From Myxococcota bacterium (lineage in GTDB: Bacteria; Myxococcota_A; UBA9160; UBA6930), in NCBI GenBank assembly GCA_965223415.1, contig OZ245002.1, positions 3,104,001-3,168,000 on the forward strand: a stretch of 64,000 nt of DNA, read 5' to 3'. Below the pieces are notes generated by a model. It searched no databases. It worked only from the letters and a program-made list of their open reading frames with translations, and had not been told where the DNA came from. Positions 18,495 through 28,693 of the stretch are shown in pieces (position 1 is the first letter of the stretch; each line of letters opens with the position of its first letter). Position numbers and translations under genes: made by a program.

Positions 18495-19777
18495 CACACA
18501 CCCTCCACGGCTTCGAGAGCCGCGCGCCAGCGCTGGAAGAAGTGCCGGGCGTAGAACTCGTTGGCGGTCGTGCTCACGAGGCCGGGCCAATCGGGATCCG
18601 GCGCCTCCTCCCCCTCCCCGAGGCCGTAGAAGTAGGGCCGGTCGTCCGCGAAGTCGATGTTGCTCCCGAGGAACTGCTGGGCCCAGGCCTCCGAGTCCTC
18701 CTGCTCCACGATGCCGCCCGGCCCGAAGAACGAGGTGTGGTTGCCGCGCAGGACCTTCTTCACGGATTCCGGAGCATCGGCGGGCACGACCGAATACGAC
18801 CAGTACTCGACCTTCCCCGGCCCGCGTGGGTGACTCACCTTGAAGGCCGTGTTGGACCAGAGGAAGGAGAGGTTCGGGTAGACGCCGAAGGTGAGCCCCT
18901 TCATGCGCGCTCGGAGGGGACCGACTCGCTCGGCCGCGCGGGCGTGGACCTCGCGCAGATAGTCGTGCACCTCGGGGCCGCCGAGGAGGCTCGCGAGGGC
19001 CTCGAAGCCCCAGGCCACCTGTTCGACGGGCGCGTCTTCGGGCATGAGCCGGAAGGTGGCGCCGTGCCCGGCGCCGGGAACGACGCTCATGCCGTAGTCG
19101 ACGATCTGGCGATTGGCTTCGGCAGGAATGATCGAAGCGTGCAGGAACGGTCCGTGGTTCACGTCGCCGAGCTGGTTCTCCATCGGGAGCTTCCAGTTCG
19201 CCTGGATGACCCAGCGCTGCGGGCTGCCCACGAACTCGACGCCCTCGGGAAAGCGATCGAAGAAGGCGCCCAGGTAGTACTTCATGTCGCCGAGGTAGTC
19301 GTCGAGCGGCTCGATCTCCTCGTCGAAGCTCCCGAAGATCATCCCGTTCCAGCTCTCGACCCGCGGCACCTTCTTGAGCCCGAGCCGGCGCTTGTCCGGG
19401 CGCCTCTTCACCTGACGCTCCTGCGGGATCGCGCGCAGCTCGCCGTTCACGTCGTAGCTCCAGTTGTGATAGGGGCAGATGAAGCTCTTCGCGTTTCCGT
19501 GGTCGGCGCGACAGACGGGGAGGCCGCGGTGCGTGCAGCTGTTGATGCTCGCATGCACGGCCTGATCCTTGCCGCGTGCCACGACAATCGGCGTCTCGCA
19601 CATGTAGGCCTGCACGAAGTCGCCGGGGTTCCGGATCTGCGACTCGTGGGCGAGGAAGAGCCAGGAGCGACCGAAGATGCCGCGCTTCTCGAGCTCGTAG
19701 ATGGCGGGGTCGCTCCAGGCACGACGGTGGATGAGCGTCGCGCCGTCGTTCACCACGTCGCGGATCTTCAGCGGCAA
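18494..19777 (-). CDS. Rieske aromatic ring-hydroxylating dioxygenase alpha subunit
   Basis: CTHRG...CPYHNW Rieske motif; NWKLPMEN..DVNH...H; EQED. Confidence 0.93.
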   Translation of the reverse strand: MPLKIRDVVNDGATLIHRRAWSDPAIYELEKRGIFGRSWLFLAHESQIRNPGDFVQAYMCETPIVVARGKDQAVHASINSCTHRGLPVCRADHGNAKSFICPYHNWSYDVNGELRAIPQERQVKRRPDKRRLGLKKVPRVESWNGMIFGSFDEEIEPLDDYLGDMKYYLGAFFDRFPEGVEFVGSPQRWVIQANWKLPMENQLGDVNHGPFLHASIIPAEANRQIVDYGMSVVPGAGHGATFRLMPEDAPVEQVAWGFEALASLLGGPEVHDYLREVHARAAERVGPLRARMKGLTFGVYPNLSFLWSNTAFKVSHPRGPGKVEYWSYSVVPADAPESVKKVLRGNHTSFFGPGGIVEQEDSEAWAQQFLGSNIDFADDRPYFYGLGEGEEAPDPDWPGLVSTTANEFYARHFFQRWRAALEAVEGV

Positions 19778-19804
19778 GGGGTCCTCCCGGGCGGTGGCAT
19801 GGAA

Positions 19805-19820
19805 ATTATCGTACGATAAT
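19805..19820. promoter_or_regulatory. Perfect 16-bp palindrome, probable TetR operator between the divergent dioxygenase and tetR genes
   Basis: ATTATCGTACGATAAT, AT-rich in a GC-rich background, ending 4 nt before the tetR ATG. Confidence 0.8.
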
Positions 19821-19824
19821 ATCC

Positions 19825-20427
19825 ATGCAAGCGACCAAGGGCGAGCGCACCGCCGCCCGCATCCTCGACGCCGCCGAGACGGTGTTCGCGGAGCGCGGCT
19901 TCGAGGCCGCGTCGCTCCGCGAGATCGCGCGCCGCGCGGACATCCAGCAGCCGGGCCTCTACAACCACTTCGCGAGCAAGCGCGACCTCTACGCGGCCGT
20001 GCTCGACCGCGCGCTCACGCCGATGGCCGAGGCCATGGGCGAGCGGGTGCAGGGTGCCCGGAGCCGCAAGGACTTCGAGCGGCTCCCGGCCGTGATGACC
20101 GACCTCCTGCTCGATCACCCGCGGATCTCGGCGCTGTTCCAGCAGGCGCTCCAGTCGGACGACGCGCCGGGCCAGGACCTGATGCGGGAATGGCTCGATC
20201 GACTCCTGGCCATGGGCGTCGAGACCATCCGGGGCTCCGCCACGCGTCCGCCCGACCGCGCGGACCTGGCGATCCAGATCGTCGCGATGTTCAACGTGAC
20301 GACCGGCTACTTCCTCTCGCAACGGGCCCTCGACAGTCTTGGTGCGGGCGACCTTGCCGACCCGGACAACATCGCGCGGCAGAAGGCGCTGCTCGGCCGC
20401 ATCGCGCGCGCGATCGCGAAGAAGTGA
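19825..20427 (+). CDS. TetR/AcrR family transcriptional regulator
   Basis: RILDAAETVFAERGFEAASLREIA...GLYNHFASK HTH. Confidence 0.95.
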   Translation: MQATKGERTAARILDAAETVFAERGFEAASLREIARRADIQQPGLYNHFASKRDLYAAVLDRALTPMAEAMGERVQGARSRKDFERLPAVMTDLLLDHPRISALFQQALQSDDAPGQDLMREWLDRLLAMGVETIRGSATRPPDRADLAIQIVAMFNVTTGYFLSQRALDSLGAGDLADPDNIARQKALLGRIARAIAKK

Positions 20428-20466
20428 ACCCGGAGGGGAGGGCGGAGCCGGGGCGCCGTCCCTCCC

Positions 20467-21528
20467 TCAAGCGAACTCGGGCAGCACCTCTTCGACGAGC
20501 CGTTCCAGCGAGTCCTCCCAGGCGCCCTGCTCGGTGCTGAAATCGTAGATCATGACGAGCAGCGAGCCGAAGCCGCCGGTGTCGTGCTGCAGCTGGCCGA
20601 GCTTGTCGATCACTGTCTGGCTCGAGCCCACGAACCAGCTCTTCTCGACCAGGTAGTCGACGGTGATGTCGGAGTCGGCGTCGCTCGGGTCGACCTTGAA
20701 GTGCTCGGCGAACCCGTTGCTCAGGTAGAAGGGCAGCAGGTACTCGCGCCAGCAGCGACCCATGGCGCCGTCGCGAGCCTGCTGCTTCGCCTTGTCGTCC
20801 GTCTCGCCGACATAGATCTCGCGCACGAGGCGCCACTCGGCGCGATCGGGTGTTCGGCCGCTCCGCTCGGCGCCTGCGACGATCGAGCCCCAGTGCGATG
20901 CCGTGTGTGCTGGGTTGAGTGAGATGCTGAGCGGGAGGAAGCCGCGCTCGCCCGCGAGCTTGAGGGTCTCGGAGCTCGGGCTCAGGCCCGCGATCCCGAT
21001 CGGGGGATGGGGCTTCTGGTACGGGCGCAAGTGGTACTGCAGGAACTCGCTCTCGACCTTGCGCAACTTCCAGTGGTCCCCGTCGAGGTCTTCGGGACCG
21101 TCGTTCCAGAGCTTCAGCATGATCTCGAGGGACTCGGCCGTCATGCGGCGGTTCTCTCCGCCCTCCGCATCGATGCCGAACAGCTGCAGGTCGCCTGGGA
21201 GCGCGCTGATGCCGATACCGAGCATGTATCGCCCCCGCGCCATGTGATCGAGATAGGCGACGCGGTGCGCGAGCTCGACCGGGTGGTGGTAGGGCAGCAG
21301 GTGCGCGCCCGGACAGAGCTTCATGCGCTGGGTGCGCGTCAGCGCCTCCGCGATGAGCAGGTCGGGCGCCGGGCACGGCTCCCATCTCGCCGTGAAGTGC
21401 TCACCGATCCACGCTTCCTGGAAGCCGAGCCGATCGAGCAGCGCGAGCTGGTCCAGGTCCCAGTCGAGCCCCTCACGGATTCCCCGCTCCGGCGGGTGGG
21501 AGGGCATCATGAACGCGCCGAGCTGCAT
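20467..21528 (-). CDS. Luciferase-like (LLM) flavin-dependent monooxygenase
   Basis: MQLGAFMMPSHPP, EAWIGEHF, PYHHP..LAHR, PYQKPHPP; ATG 21528. Confidence 0.9.
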   Translation of the reverse strand: MQLGAFMMPSHPPERGIREGLDWDLDQLALLDRLGFQEAWIGEHFTARWEPCPAPDLLIAEALTRTQRMKLCPGAHLLPYHHPVELAHRVAYLDHMARGRYMLGIGISALPGDLQLFGIDAEGGENRRMTAESLEIMLKLWNDGPEDLDGDHWKLRKVESEFLQYHLRPYQKPHPPIGIAGLSPSSETLKLAGERGFLPLSISLNPAHTASHWGSIVAGAERSGRTPDRAEWRLVREIYVGETDDKAKQQARDGAMGRCWREYLLPFYLSNGFAEHFKVDPSDADSDITVDYLVEKSWFVGSSQTVIDKLGQLQHDTGGFGSLLVMIYDFSTEQGAWEDSLERLVEEVLPEFA

Positions 21529-21551
21529 GGGGGATCCTCCGAGGGAGCCGG

Positions 21552-23078
21552 TCAGGCCGGGTTTGTTTCGCGTCGCGCGGCGGCCCAGACGCGGCGCTTC
21601 ACTTCGTCGGGGCGATCGACCACTCGGCACGGATCGTCGATGAAGAGCGTCGCCCGGCGCGGCGGCCCGTAGGCGGGCCACTCCCCGACGGCGTCGCAGG
21701 CCGGATCCCCGGAGCGCGCGAAGGCGCGCCACGCGGCTCGCATGTTCCGGCCGACCTGCTCTACCCCGGGACCCGCGCCGGCAAACTCCGGGACGCGGTC
21801 CTCCGTGCCGAGAACGAAGGGGACGTCGAGCGCATGGCATGCACCGAGCCGGCCCCCGGCCATCGGAGACCGCCGGCAGAAGCGGTACATCCAGGTCCGG
21901 GGAACGTGCCGCGCGTGGCACTCCGCGAGCCGCGTCGCGGGGACGAAAAGGCTCGCATCGGTCTCCACCGCGAAGAAGCGATCGCGTCCCGGGAGCCGGG
22001 CGCCGTCGTAGAGCGCCGCGAGCCGCTCGCCGTGGGCGAGCGCCTCGTCCGGTGGGCCTGGAAGGCGCGTCGCGATGACTCTCGGGATCAGCGCGTCGGG
22101 GATCTCCGGGAACAAGTCGACGAGATGGTAGAGCTGCATCTCGTTCGCCGTCGTTCCGATGATGAGCGGAACGTCGTGGGCAGCGCCCTTCGCAATCGCC
22201 TGCATCGGGGCTTCGGGAAGCACCTCGCCGTCGACGATGGGGCCGAAGAACATACCGATGCGACGAGGCCCAGGCTCCTGACAGCGCGCCTGCGCGGCGA
22301 CGATCGCGTCGGCGTCGCACGCGAGAAGCGCCTCGAGATCCCCGGGCTCGACACCGAGCTCTTTCGCGAAGATCGCGGCGCGCTCCGCTCCCTCCTCACG
22401 GGAGAGAACGCCCTCCGGCGCAGCGCTCTGGATGATCGCCCTGTGGAAGAGTCCGCGCGCCGCCGGGAGCGCGAGAAGCGCAGTGATGCTGCCGGCCCCT
22501 GCCGACTCCCCGAACACGGTCACGCTGTCGGGATCGCCCCCGAAGGCGGCGATTTCCCGCTGTACGAAGCGCAGCGCGGCGACCTGGTCCTGGAGCCCGC
22601 GGTTCGGCGTTCCGAGGCCGAGGAAACCGAGCGCACCCACGCGGTAGTTCAAGGTGACCACGACGACATCGCCTTCCGCTGCGAGGGGGCCGCCATCGTA
22701 CGCGGGGCCGGCCGCCGTCCCCGAGGCGAAGGCGCCGCCGTGGATCCAGAACATGACGGGGCGCGGAGCCGCCGCTTCGCCCGCCGGTGCGAAGACGTTC
22801 AGCGTGAGACAGTCCTCGCTCGCGTCGTGTCGGCCGAGTAGTCCCAGGCGCAGGGACAGCTCGTCGAAGGCCTGTGGCGGCGCTGGTCCGAACGCTCTTG
22901 CGTCACGAACGCCCGTCCAGGGCTCCGCCGCCCGAGGCGCCTCGAACCGCAGCCTCCCGACCGGCGACGCGGCATACGGGATGCCGAGGAAGCGGCGCAC
23001 GCCGCCCTCGGCAACGCCGCCCAGCCGTCCCAGACTCGTCGTGACCTCGGGACCGATACTCACCCGACACGCTCCCAT
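21552..23078 (-). CDS. Type B carboxylesterase
   Basis: SEDCLTLN, WIHGGAF, FGESAG nucleophile motif, GACHALD. Start could be GTG a few codons downstream. Confidence 0.92.
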   Translation of the reverse strand: MGACRVSIGPEVTTSLGRLGGVAEGGVRRFLGIPYAASPVGRLRFEAPRAAEPWTGVRDARAFGPAPPQAFDELSLRLGLLGRHDASEDCLTLNVFAPAGEAAAPRPVMFWIHGGAFASGTAAGPAYDGGPLAAEGDVVVVTLNYRVGALGFLGLGTPNRGLQDQVAALRFVQREIAAFGGDPDSVTVFGESAGAGSITALLALPAARGLFHRAIIQSAAPEGVLSREEGAERAAIFAKELGVEPGDLEALLACDADAIVAAQARCQEPGPRRIGMFFGPIVDGEVLPEAPMQAIAKGAAHDVPLIIGTTANEMQLYHLVDLFPEIPDALIPRVIATRLPGPPDEALAHGERLAALYDGARLPGRDRFFAVETDASLFVPATRLAECHARHVPRTWMYRFCRRSPMAGGRLGACHALDVPFVLGTEDRVPEFAGAGPGVEQVGRNMRAAWRAFARSGDPACDAVGEWPAYGPPRRATLFIDDPCRVVDRPDEVKRRVWAAARRETNPA

Positions 23079-23306
23079 TCAGCCGGCAGCGGGATTGCGG
23101 CAGCCTCCCAAGGGCGGGCGCGGGTGTCTCGGCTTCGATCGGCGTCGGACATGGCGGCACTCCAACGGAGGCGCGAGGCACGCTAGGAGAAATGGACCAA
23201 CACGTCTAGTTCCTTCGCTCGCTACGCTCCCTGAGGTGCTCGAAGCGGCCGGCGAGCGCACCACCGGCAACGTGGACGGATCGGGAACCGAGTGAACGGG
23301 GGCCCC

Positions 23307-24191
23307 ATGAAGATTGGACTCTGCTTCCCCTACAGCCAGGAAGGGCTGACCCGCGACGTGATCCTCGAGTGGTTTCGCCGTGTCGACGAGGGTCCATTCT
23401 CCTCCCTTTCCTGCGGCGAGCGGATCGTGGGATCGAGCGTCGACCTGCTCGCGATCCTGGCCGCGGCGGCCGCGGTGACGACCCGCGTGCGCATCGTCCC
23501 GACGCTCTACGTGCTGCCGATGCACCCGGCGATCCGTGTCGCGAAGCACGCAGCGACCCTCGACCTGATCTCCGGCGGGCGCACCTCGATCACCGTGGGC
23601 GTCGGTGGCCGCGCCGACGACTACCGCTGCATGGAGCGCGAGCCCGCGCGTCGCTACGCGCGCATGGACGAGCAGGTCGCCCAGATCCGGAGCATCTGGG
23701 CGGGGGAGCTGCCTTTCGAGGGCACCGAGCCGGTCGGGCCCGCCGTCGTCCAGCCGGGTGGCCCGCCGATTCTCGCCGGCGTGACCGGTCCCAAGGGAAT
23801 CGCACGCGCCGCCAGGTGGACCGACGGCTACTACTCCTGGTCGAGCAACGGCGTACGCGACGAGATCGCGAAGCAGGGCGAGCTCATCGACGCCGCGTGG
23901 GACGAAGCAGGTCGCGAGGGCCGGCCCGAGCGCGCCGCGGGATTCTGGTACTCGCTCGCGCCGGATGCCCAGGAGAAGCTCGAGGCCTACGTTTACAAGT
24001 ACATCAAGGTGCTCGGCGAGCCGGCGGCCCGGTACATGGCCTCCCAGGTCGACCGCTCCTCTCCCGACGCCGTGCGCGCCTCCCTCGACGCCTACGAGGA
24101 GCTCGGCGTCGACGAGTGCTGGCTCAACTCGGCTACCGCGGAGATTGCAGAGATCGACGGGCTGCTCGAGCTGATCGAGAAGCGCGGCTAG
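23307..24191 (+). CDS. LLM-class flavin-dependent oxidoreductase
   Basis: LAAAAAVTTRVRI, ATLDLISGGR, PVGPAVVQPGGPPILAG. Confidence 0.88.
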   Translation: MKIGLCFPYSQEGLTRDVILEWFRRVDEGPFSSLSCGERIVGSSVDLLAILAAAAAVTTRVRIVPTLYVLPMHPAIRVAKHAATLDLISGGRTSITVGVGGRADDYRCMEREPARRYARMDEQVAQIRSIWAGELPFEGTEPVGPAVVQPGGPPILAGVTGPKGIARAARWTDGYYSWSSNGVRDEIAKQGELIDAAWDEAGREGRPERAAGFWYSLAPDAQEKLEAYVYKYIKVLGEPAARYMASQVDRSSPDAVRASLDAYEELGVDECWLNSATAEIAEIDGLLELIEKRG

Positions 24192-24200
24192 ACGGCGCCA

Positions 24201-24695
24201 TCACGCGTCGAGCTCGCTCCGGCCGGCGGTCGACCACCAGCTCGCAGTCAGACGCAGGCTCGCGAGGTCCTTGCGCGAGTGCATCTCTTCGAAGCTCCGC
24301 TTGTAGCCCGTCTTCTGGATCCACCAGCGGTCGCCGACCTTCACGTACGCGTCCGTGTAGAACGCGGCGCCTCGAATGATGATGTCCCACTTCGTTTCGA
24401 CGACGACGTCCTCGAGCGCCCAGACCCCCGTAGCCGTTTCCGGCCCGCTGAACGCGATCTCCGGGTGGTGCACGCGGTGGCTCGAATGGAAGGTCTCGGC
24501 GCCCATGCTCGTGCGCAGGAACTCGACGATCGCGTCGCGTCCGGCGTAGGCGTACTTGCCTCCGCTGTACGCGGCCGTCGCGTCCGCGGTGAAACACTCG
24601 CCCACCTCGTCCCAGAGCTTCTGGTCGAGGCAGCGCATGTACTTGTACTTGAGCTGCTTGATGCGTTCGATCTCGACGAGGTCTTCGGGCGACAT
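24201..24695 (-). CDS. SnoaL/NTF2-like protein (BaiE/LinA-like)
   Basis: IKQLKYKYMRCLD.K.W, HRVHHPEI, ATGVW, FYTDAY. Confidence 0.85.
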   Translation of the reverse strand: MSPEDLVEIERIKQLKYKYMRCLDQKLWDEVGECFTADATAAYSGGKYAYAGRDAIVEFLRTSMGAETFHSSHRVHHPEIAFSGPETATGVWALEDVVVETKWDIIIRGAAFYTDAYVKVGDRWWIQKTGYKRSFEEMHSRKDLASLRLTASWWSTAGRSELDA

Positions 24696-24763
24696 CGCGG
24701 AACCTCCCGTTCCCGCGCACCGTAGCGCAGGCCGCGTCGCCTCAGACGGGTCTCGAGTCGACG

Positions 24764-25603
24764 TCAGGCCATGGGCTTGCTGCGCCGCTCCACGCTGCGG
24801 CAGGCGGCGACCAGGGCCGGCACGAAGACGTCCGCCCGCGAGACGCAGGCCGAGTGGTCGCCGTCCACCTCGAACACCTCGGCCCCGGGGATCGAGGCGG
24901 CCAGCTTGTACTGGCGCTCGGGCGGGACGAGCTCGTCCCGGGTCGTCACGATCACGCAGGTCGGAACGTTCACCCGTCCGATCCAATCGTGGGACGAGAA
25001 CCCGGAGAGCGCCCGGGTCGCCTGGATCACCGACGCCGGGTCGTGGCCCTCGAGCTCCTCGTACACCTTCTCGCGCAGCTGCGGGTGCTCGATCCGCGCC
25101 AGCATGCGCTGGAGCATGCGCTCGTGGGCGGCGGACGGAGCGAGGCGGGCGAAGGCCGCCACCGCGGGCAGCCCGAAGCGCGCCGCCCGCGCGACGTCCC
25201 GGCGCATGAAGTGTCGGGACGTTGCACACAGGACCAGGCCGCTCACCCGCTGCGGATGCCGCCGCCAGGTGAGCGAGGCGATCGGCCCGCCCATCGAGTA
25301 GCCGACCGCGACGAAGCGCGAAGCGCCGCGCGCGGCCGCGGCGCGCGCCGCGTCGTCCGCGCACTGCTCCAGCCGGAAGCGGCGCGTGCGCAGCCCCCGC
25401 CCGTGGCCGCGATGGTCGACGGCCAGCACGCGGAAGTCACGGGACAGCGGCCGGAAGCACGGGCCCCAGTTGAGACGGGCCGTCGCACCGAGGCCGTGCA
25501 GCAGCATCACCGGCGTCGCGCCCGGCGGGCCCGGGATGTCCCGAACCGTGGTCGAGCCGTGCCGGCCCAGATCGACCTCGTGGTCGATCGCCGCTGCGCT
25601 CAT
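24764..25603 (-). CDS. Alpha/beta hydrolase
   Basis: LLHGLG, DHRGHG, GYSMGG, D..VP, GDH. Confidence 0.88.
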   Translation of the reverse strand: MSAAAIDHEVDLGRHGSTTVRDIPGPPGATPVMLLHGLGATARLNWGPCFRPLSRDFRVLAVDHRGHGRGLRTRRFRLEQCADDAARAAAARGASRFVAVGYSMGGPIASLTWRRHPQRVSGLVLCATSRHFMRRDVARAARFGLPAVAAFARLAPSAAHERMLQRMLARIEHPQLREKVYEELEGHDPASVIQATRALSGFSSHDWIGRVNVPTCVIVTTRDELVPPERQYKLAASIPGAEVFEVDGDHSACVSRADVFVPALVAACRSVERRSKPMA

Positions 25604-25686
25604 GTCAGGCAGATCGCGGCGCCGCCGGACGTGGGGAGGGAGAGCATCGCGTGAGGATGACGCATCCTCCGAAAGGACGGGAGGGA

Positions 25687-27114
25687 CTACGAGCTGCCCG
25701 ACGCCGGCGATCCCTCGAGCGAGGCCCGAAGCTCGGCATGGCGGCTCCGGTCGAGGTCGTAGCGGCGCAGCAGCAGCGCCGGGACCAGGAAGCTCAGGGA
25801 GACGAGGGGACCGCCCACGAGCCCCAGGTTGAAGAGAACGTCCCCGGGCACCTCTCCCGGCTGCAGCCCGGTGCCGAGGCCGACCACGTCGATCAGGATG
25901 CCACCGACCAGCTGGCCCAGCCCGGTCGGGATCTTCGTCGAGAAGCCCATCGCGGCGAAGAACACCCCCTCCCGCCGCTGGCCTGTCTCCACCTCGTGCT
26001 CGTCGACGATGTCGGCCACGATGGAGGGCCCGGCGGTCTGCTGGATCATCACCGAGCAGGAGAGGATGACCTGGTGGAGGATCGCCAGGGAGAAGAGCAC
26101 CGGCGTGCCGTTGGGCGGGAGCACGCCCAGGAGGCGCCCTCCGATCCACCAGCAACCGTTCGCGACCATCACCAGCATCGCGCCGATGAAGATGTGCTTC
26201 TTCTCGAACCGGGTGACAAGAGGGCGAAGGAGGGCGAAGGCGAGGCTCACGCCGAGGACGGAGCTCGCCATGATCCCGGCGATCTGCTCGGAGCTGAACT
26301 CCCAGAAGTAGGTGTTGGCGTAGTAGCCGAGGGTGACGGCCACGCCGCTGCTCGCACCGACGAAGAGCAGGGTGATGAAGACGCGCCGGAAGTTCCGGTT
26401 CTCGAGGGCGGAGAGGACGTCCCGCAGCGGATCCAGCAGCCGGAGCTCCCGCTTCGCGCCGGGCGCCGGGAGGTGGGGGATTTCCTTGCGCGTGAAGAAG
26501 GTCGTCCAGGAGATCGCGACCATCACGACCGCCGCCGACATCCACGCGTAGGTGTCGTAGTTGCCCGCGGCGAGCCGGCCGTCGGCTCCGGTCTCGCCGC
26601 GAGAGAAGACCAGCGCCAGGGCGACCGCCGGAAGCGCGACCCCCGCCAGCCAGCCGAGGAGCGTCCGGTAGCTCACGATCAGTGAGCGCTCTTCGTAGTC
26701 CTCCGAGAGCTCCGCTCCGAAGGCGGTGTGTGGGATCGCGAACATCGTGAGGAAGGTCCGCAGGGCCACCGCAATGCACGCCAGCCAGGCGCAGAGGGCC
26801 ACGCCGCCCCAGCCCTCGGGCGGGTTGAACAGCAGCAGGAAGCAGATCGCCAGGGGAACCATCGAGGCGACCATGAAGGGGTGCCAGCGCCCCCAGCGCG
26901 AGCGCACGTTGTCGGCGAGGGTGCCGACGATCGGGTCCGAGATGGCGTCGGAGAGCTGTCCGATGAACGCCGCGACGCCGTAGAGCGTTCCCGACAAGCC
27001 GGCGACCTGGGTGTAGAAGAAGGCGACGAAGTTGACGAAGGCCGCGTCCTTCGCGGCGAAGGCCATGCTCCCCACGCCGTGGGCGATCTTGGTGCCGACA
27101 CGGATCCTGCGCAT
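25687..27114 (-). CDS. MFS transporter, GPH family
   Basis: DAISDPIVGTLAD...RWHPF, GAELSEDYEERS, RREGVFF; paralog of 13064..14479. Confidence 0.9.
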   Translation of the reverse strand: MRRIRVGTKIAHGVGSMAFAAKDAAFVNFVAFFYTQVAGLSGTLYGVAAFIGQLSDAISDPIVGTLADNVRSRWGRWHPFMVASMVPLAICFLLLFNPPEGWGGVALCAWLACIAVALRTFLTMFAIPHTAFGAELSEDYEERSLIVSYRTLLGWLAGVALPAVALALVFSRGETGADGRLAAGNYDTYAWMSAAVVMVAISWTTFFTRKEIPHLPAPGAKRELRLLDPLRDVLSALENRNFRRVFITLLFVGASSGVAVTLGYYANTYFWEFSSEQIAGIMASSVLGVSLAFALLRPLVTRFEKKHIFIGAMLVMVANGCWWIGGRLLGVLPPNGTPVLFSLAILHQVILSCSVMIQQTAGPSIVADIVDEHEVETGQRREGVFFAAMGFSTKIPTGLGQLVGGILIDVVGLGTGLQPGEVPGDVLFNLGLVGGPLVSLSFLVPALLLRRYDLDRSRHAELRASLEGSPASGSS

Positions 27115-27229
27115 GGGTTCGGGGCTCCTTCCGCCGGCGCGGAGCCTACGCCGGGTGGATCGGGAGCGCGAACCGCGGCCGTTCGGGAGGATCTGGCGTA
27201 CCGTGGCGGCTGCGGCGAAGGAGAGGGCG

Positions 27230-28693
27230 ATGGAACAGCTCACCGGGCTCGACGCGGCCTTCCTCAACATGGAGACGGGCACGACCTACGGTCACGTCTC
27301 CGGCCTCGCGGTCTTCGACCCGTCCTCGGCGCCGGGTGCGCCCGGCACGCTCGAGGACGTGAAGCGGATCATCGCCGAGCGCATCCACTTGCTGCCGCCC
27401 TACCGCCGCCGTCTCGTCGAGGTGCCGCTGGGCCTCGACCATCCCTACTGGATCGAGGACCCGGACTTCGACCTGAACTTCCACGTTCGTCACATCGGCC
27501 TGCCGCCGCCCGGCGACGATCGCCAGCTCGCCGAGCAGGTGGCGCGGATCGTCGCACGGCCCCTGGATCGACGGCGGCCCCTGTGGGAGCTCTACCTGAT
27601 CGAAGGTCTTCAGGGCGGGCTGGTCGCCCAGCTCACCAAGATCCACCACTGCGCGATCGACGGCGTGTCGGGTGCGGAGATCCTCGCCGCCCTGCTCGAC
27701 CTGACGCCGGAGCCGCGCAAGGTCGACCCGCCGCGCAAGGCCTGGCGTCCGGAGCCGGAGCCCACGCCGGTGGAGATGCTCGCCCGCGGCATGTGGGCCG
27801 TCGCGGGCACGCCGCGGAAGGGCCTGCGCCTGGGACGCGAGGCGCTGCGGCACCTGCCGGCGCTCTCGCGCTCCCTCGGCTTCGGTGAGCTTCCGGGCAG
27901 CGACGCGCTGAACCGTCTGGTCGGCCGCCGGCCGGAGCCCATGCTCTCGGAGGCGAGTACGCCCGCGCCGCGCACCTCCTTCAACGATCAGATCAGTCCT
28001 CACCGGCGCTTCGCCTTCGGCTCGGTCTCCCTCGACGAGGTGAAGGAGATCAAGGGCCAGCTCGGGGTGACCGTCAACGACGTGGTGATGGCGCTCTGCT
28101 CCGGCGCCCTGCGCCGCTACCTTGAGGAGCGCGGGGAGCTCCCGGCGGACCCGCTGATCGCCATGGTGCCGGTCTCCGTCCGGACCGAGGAGCAGAAGGG
28201 GAGCTTCGGCAACCAGGTCTCTTCCATGACGGCGTCCCTGCACACCCACGTCGCCGATCCCCTCCAGCGCCTGCAGCGGATCCACGAGTCGATGCTCGTG
28301 GCGAAGGAGCAGCACCAGGCGCTGCCTGCGACCCTGCTCCAGGACTTCGCCCAGTTCGCTCCGCCCGCGGTGGCCGCCCGCGCCGGTCGGGTGATCGCCC
28401 GCGCTGCGGTCGCCGAGTGGATGGACGTGCCGTTCAACGTGGTGATCTCGAACGTGCCCGGTCCCCAGTTCCCGCTCTACGGCATCGGCGCGAAGCTCGT
28501 GAGCAACTACCCGGTCTCGGCCATCAACGACGGCGTCGGCCTCAACCTGACCGTGCAGAGCTACAACGGCAGCCTCGACTTCGGTCTCGTCGCCTGTCGG
28601 GAGCTGGTGCCCGATCTCTGGGACGTGATGGACTACCTGCGCGAGGAGCTGCGGGTGGTGAAGGAAGCGGCCAAGGAGGCAAGCACACCGTGA
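27230..28693 (+). CDS. Wax ester synthase/diacylglycerol acyltransferase (WS/DGAT)
   Basis: LTGLDAAFL, PLDRRRPLWE, HHCAIDG (HHxxxDG), SNVPGP. Confidence 0.95.
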   Translation: MEQLTGLDAAFLNMETGTTYGHVSGLAVFDPSSAPGAPGTLEDVKRIIAERIHLLPPYRRRLVEVPLGLDHPYWIEDPDFDLNFHVRHIGLPPPGDDRQLAEQVARIVARPLDRRRPLWELYLIEGLQGGLVAQLTKIHHCAIDGVSGAEILAALLDLTPEPRKVDPPRKAWRPEPEPTPVEMLARGMWAVAGTPRKGLRLGREALRHLPALSRSLGFGELPGSDALNRLVGRRPEPMLSEASTPAPRTSFNDQISPHRRFAFGSVSLDEVKEIKGQLGVTVNDVVMALCSGALRRYLEERGELPADPLIAMVPVSVRTEEQKGSFGNQVSSMTASLHTHVADPLQRLQRIHESMLVAKEQHQALPATLLQDFAQFAPPAVAARAGRVIARAAVAEWMDVPFNVVISNVPGPQFPLYGIGAKLVSNYPVSAINDGVGLNLTVQSYNGSLDFGLVACRELVPDLWDVMDYLREELRVVKEAAKEASTP

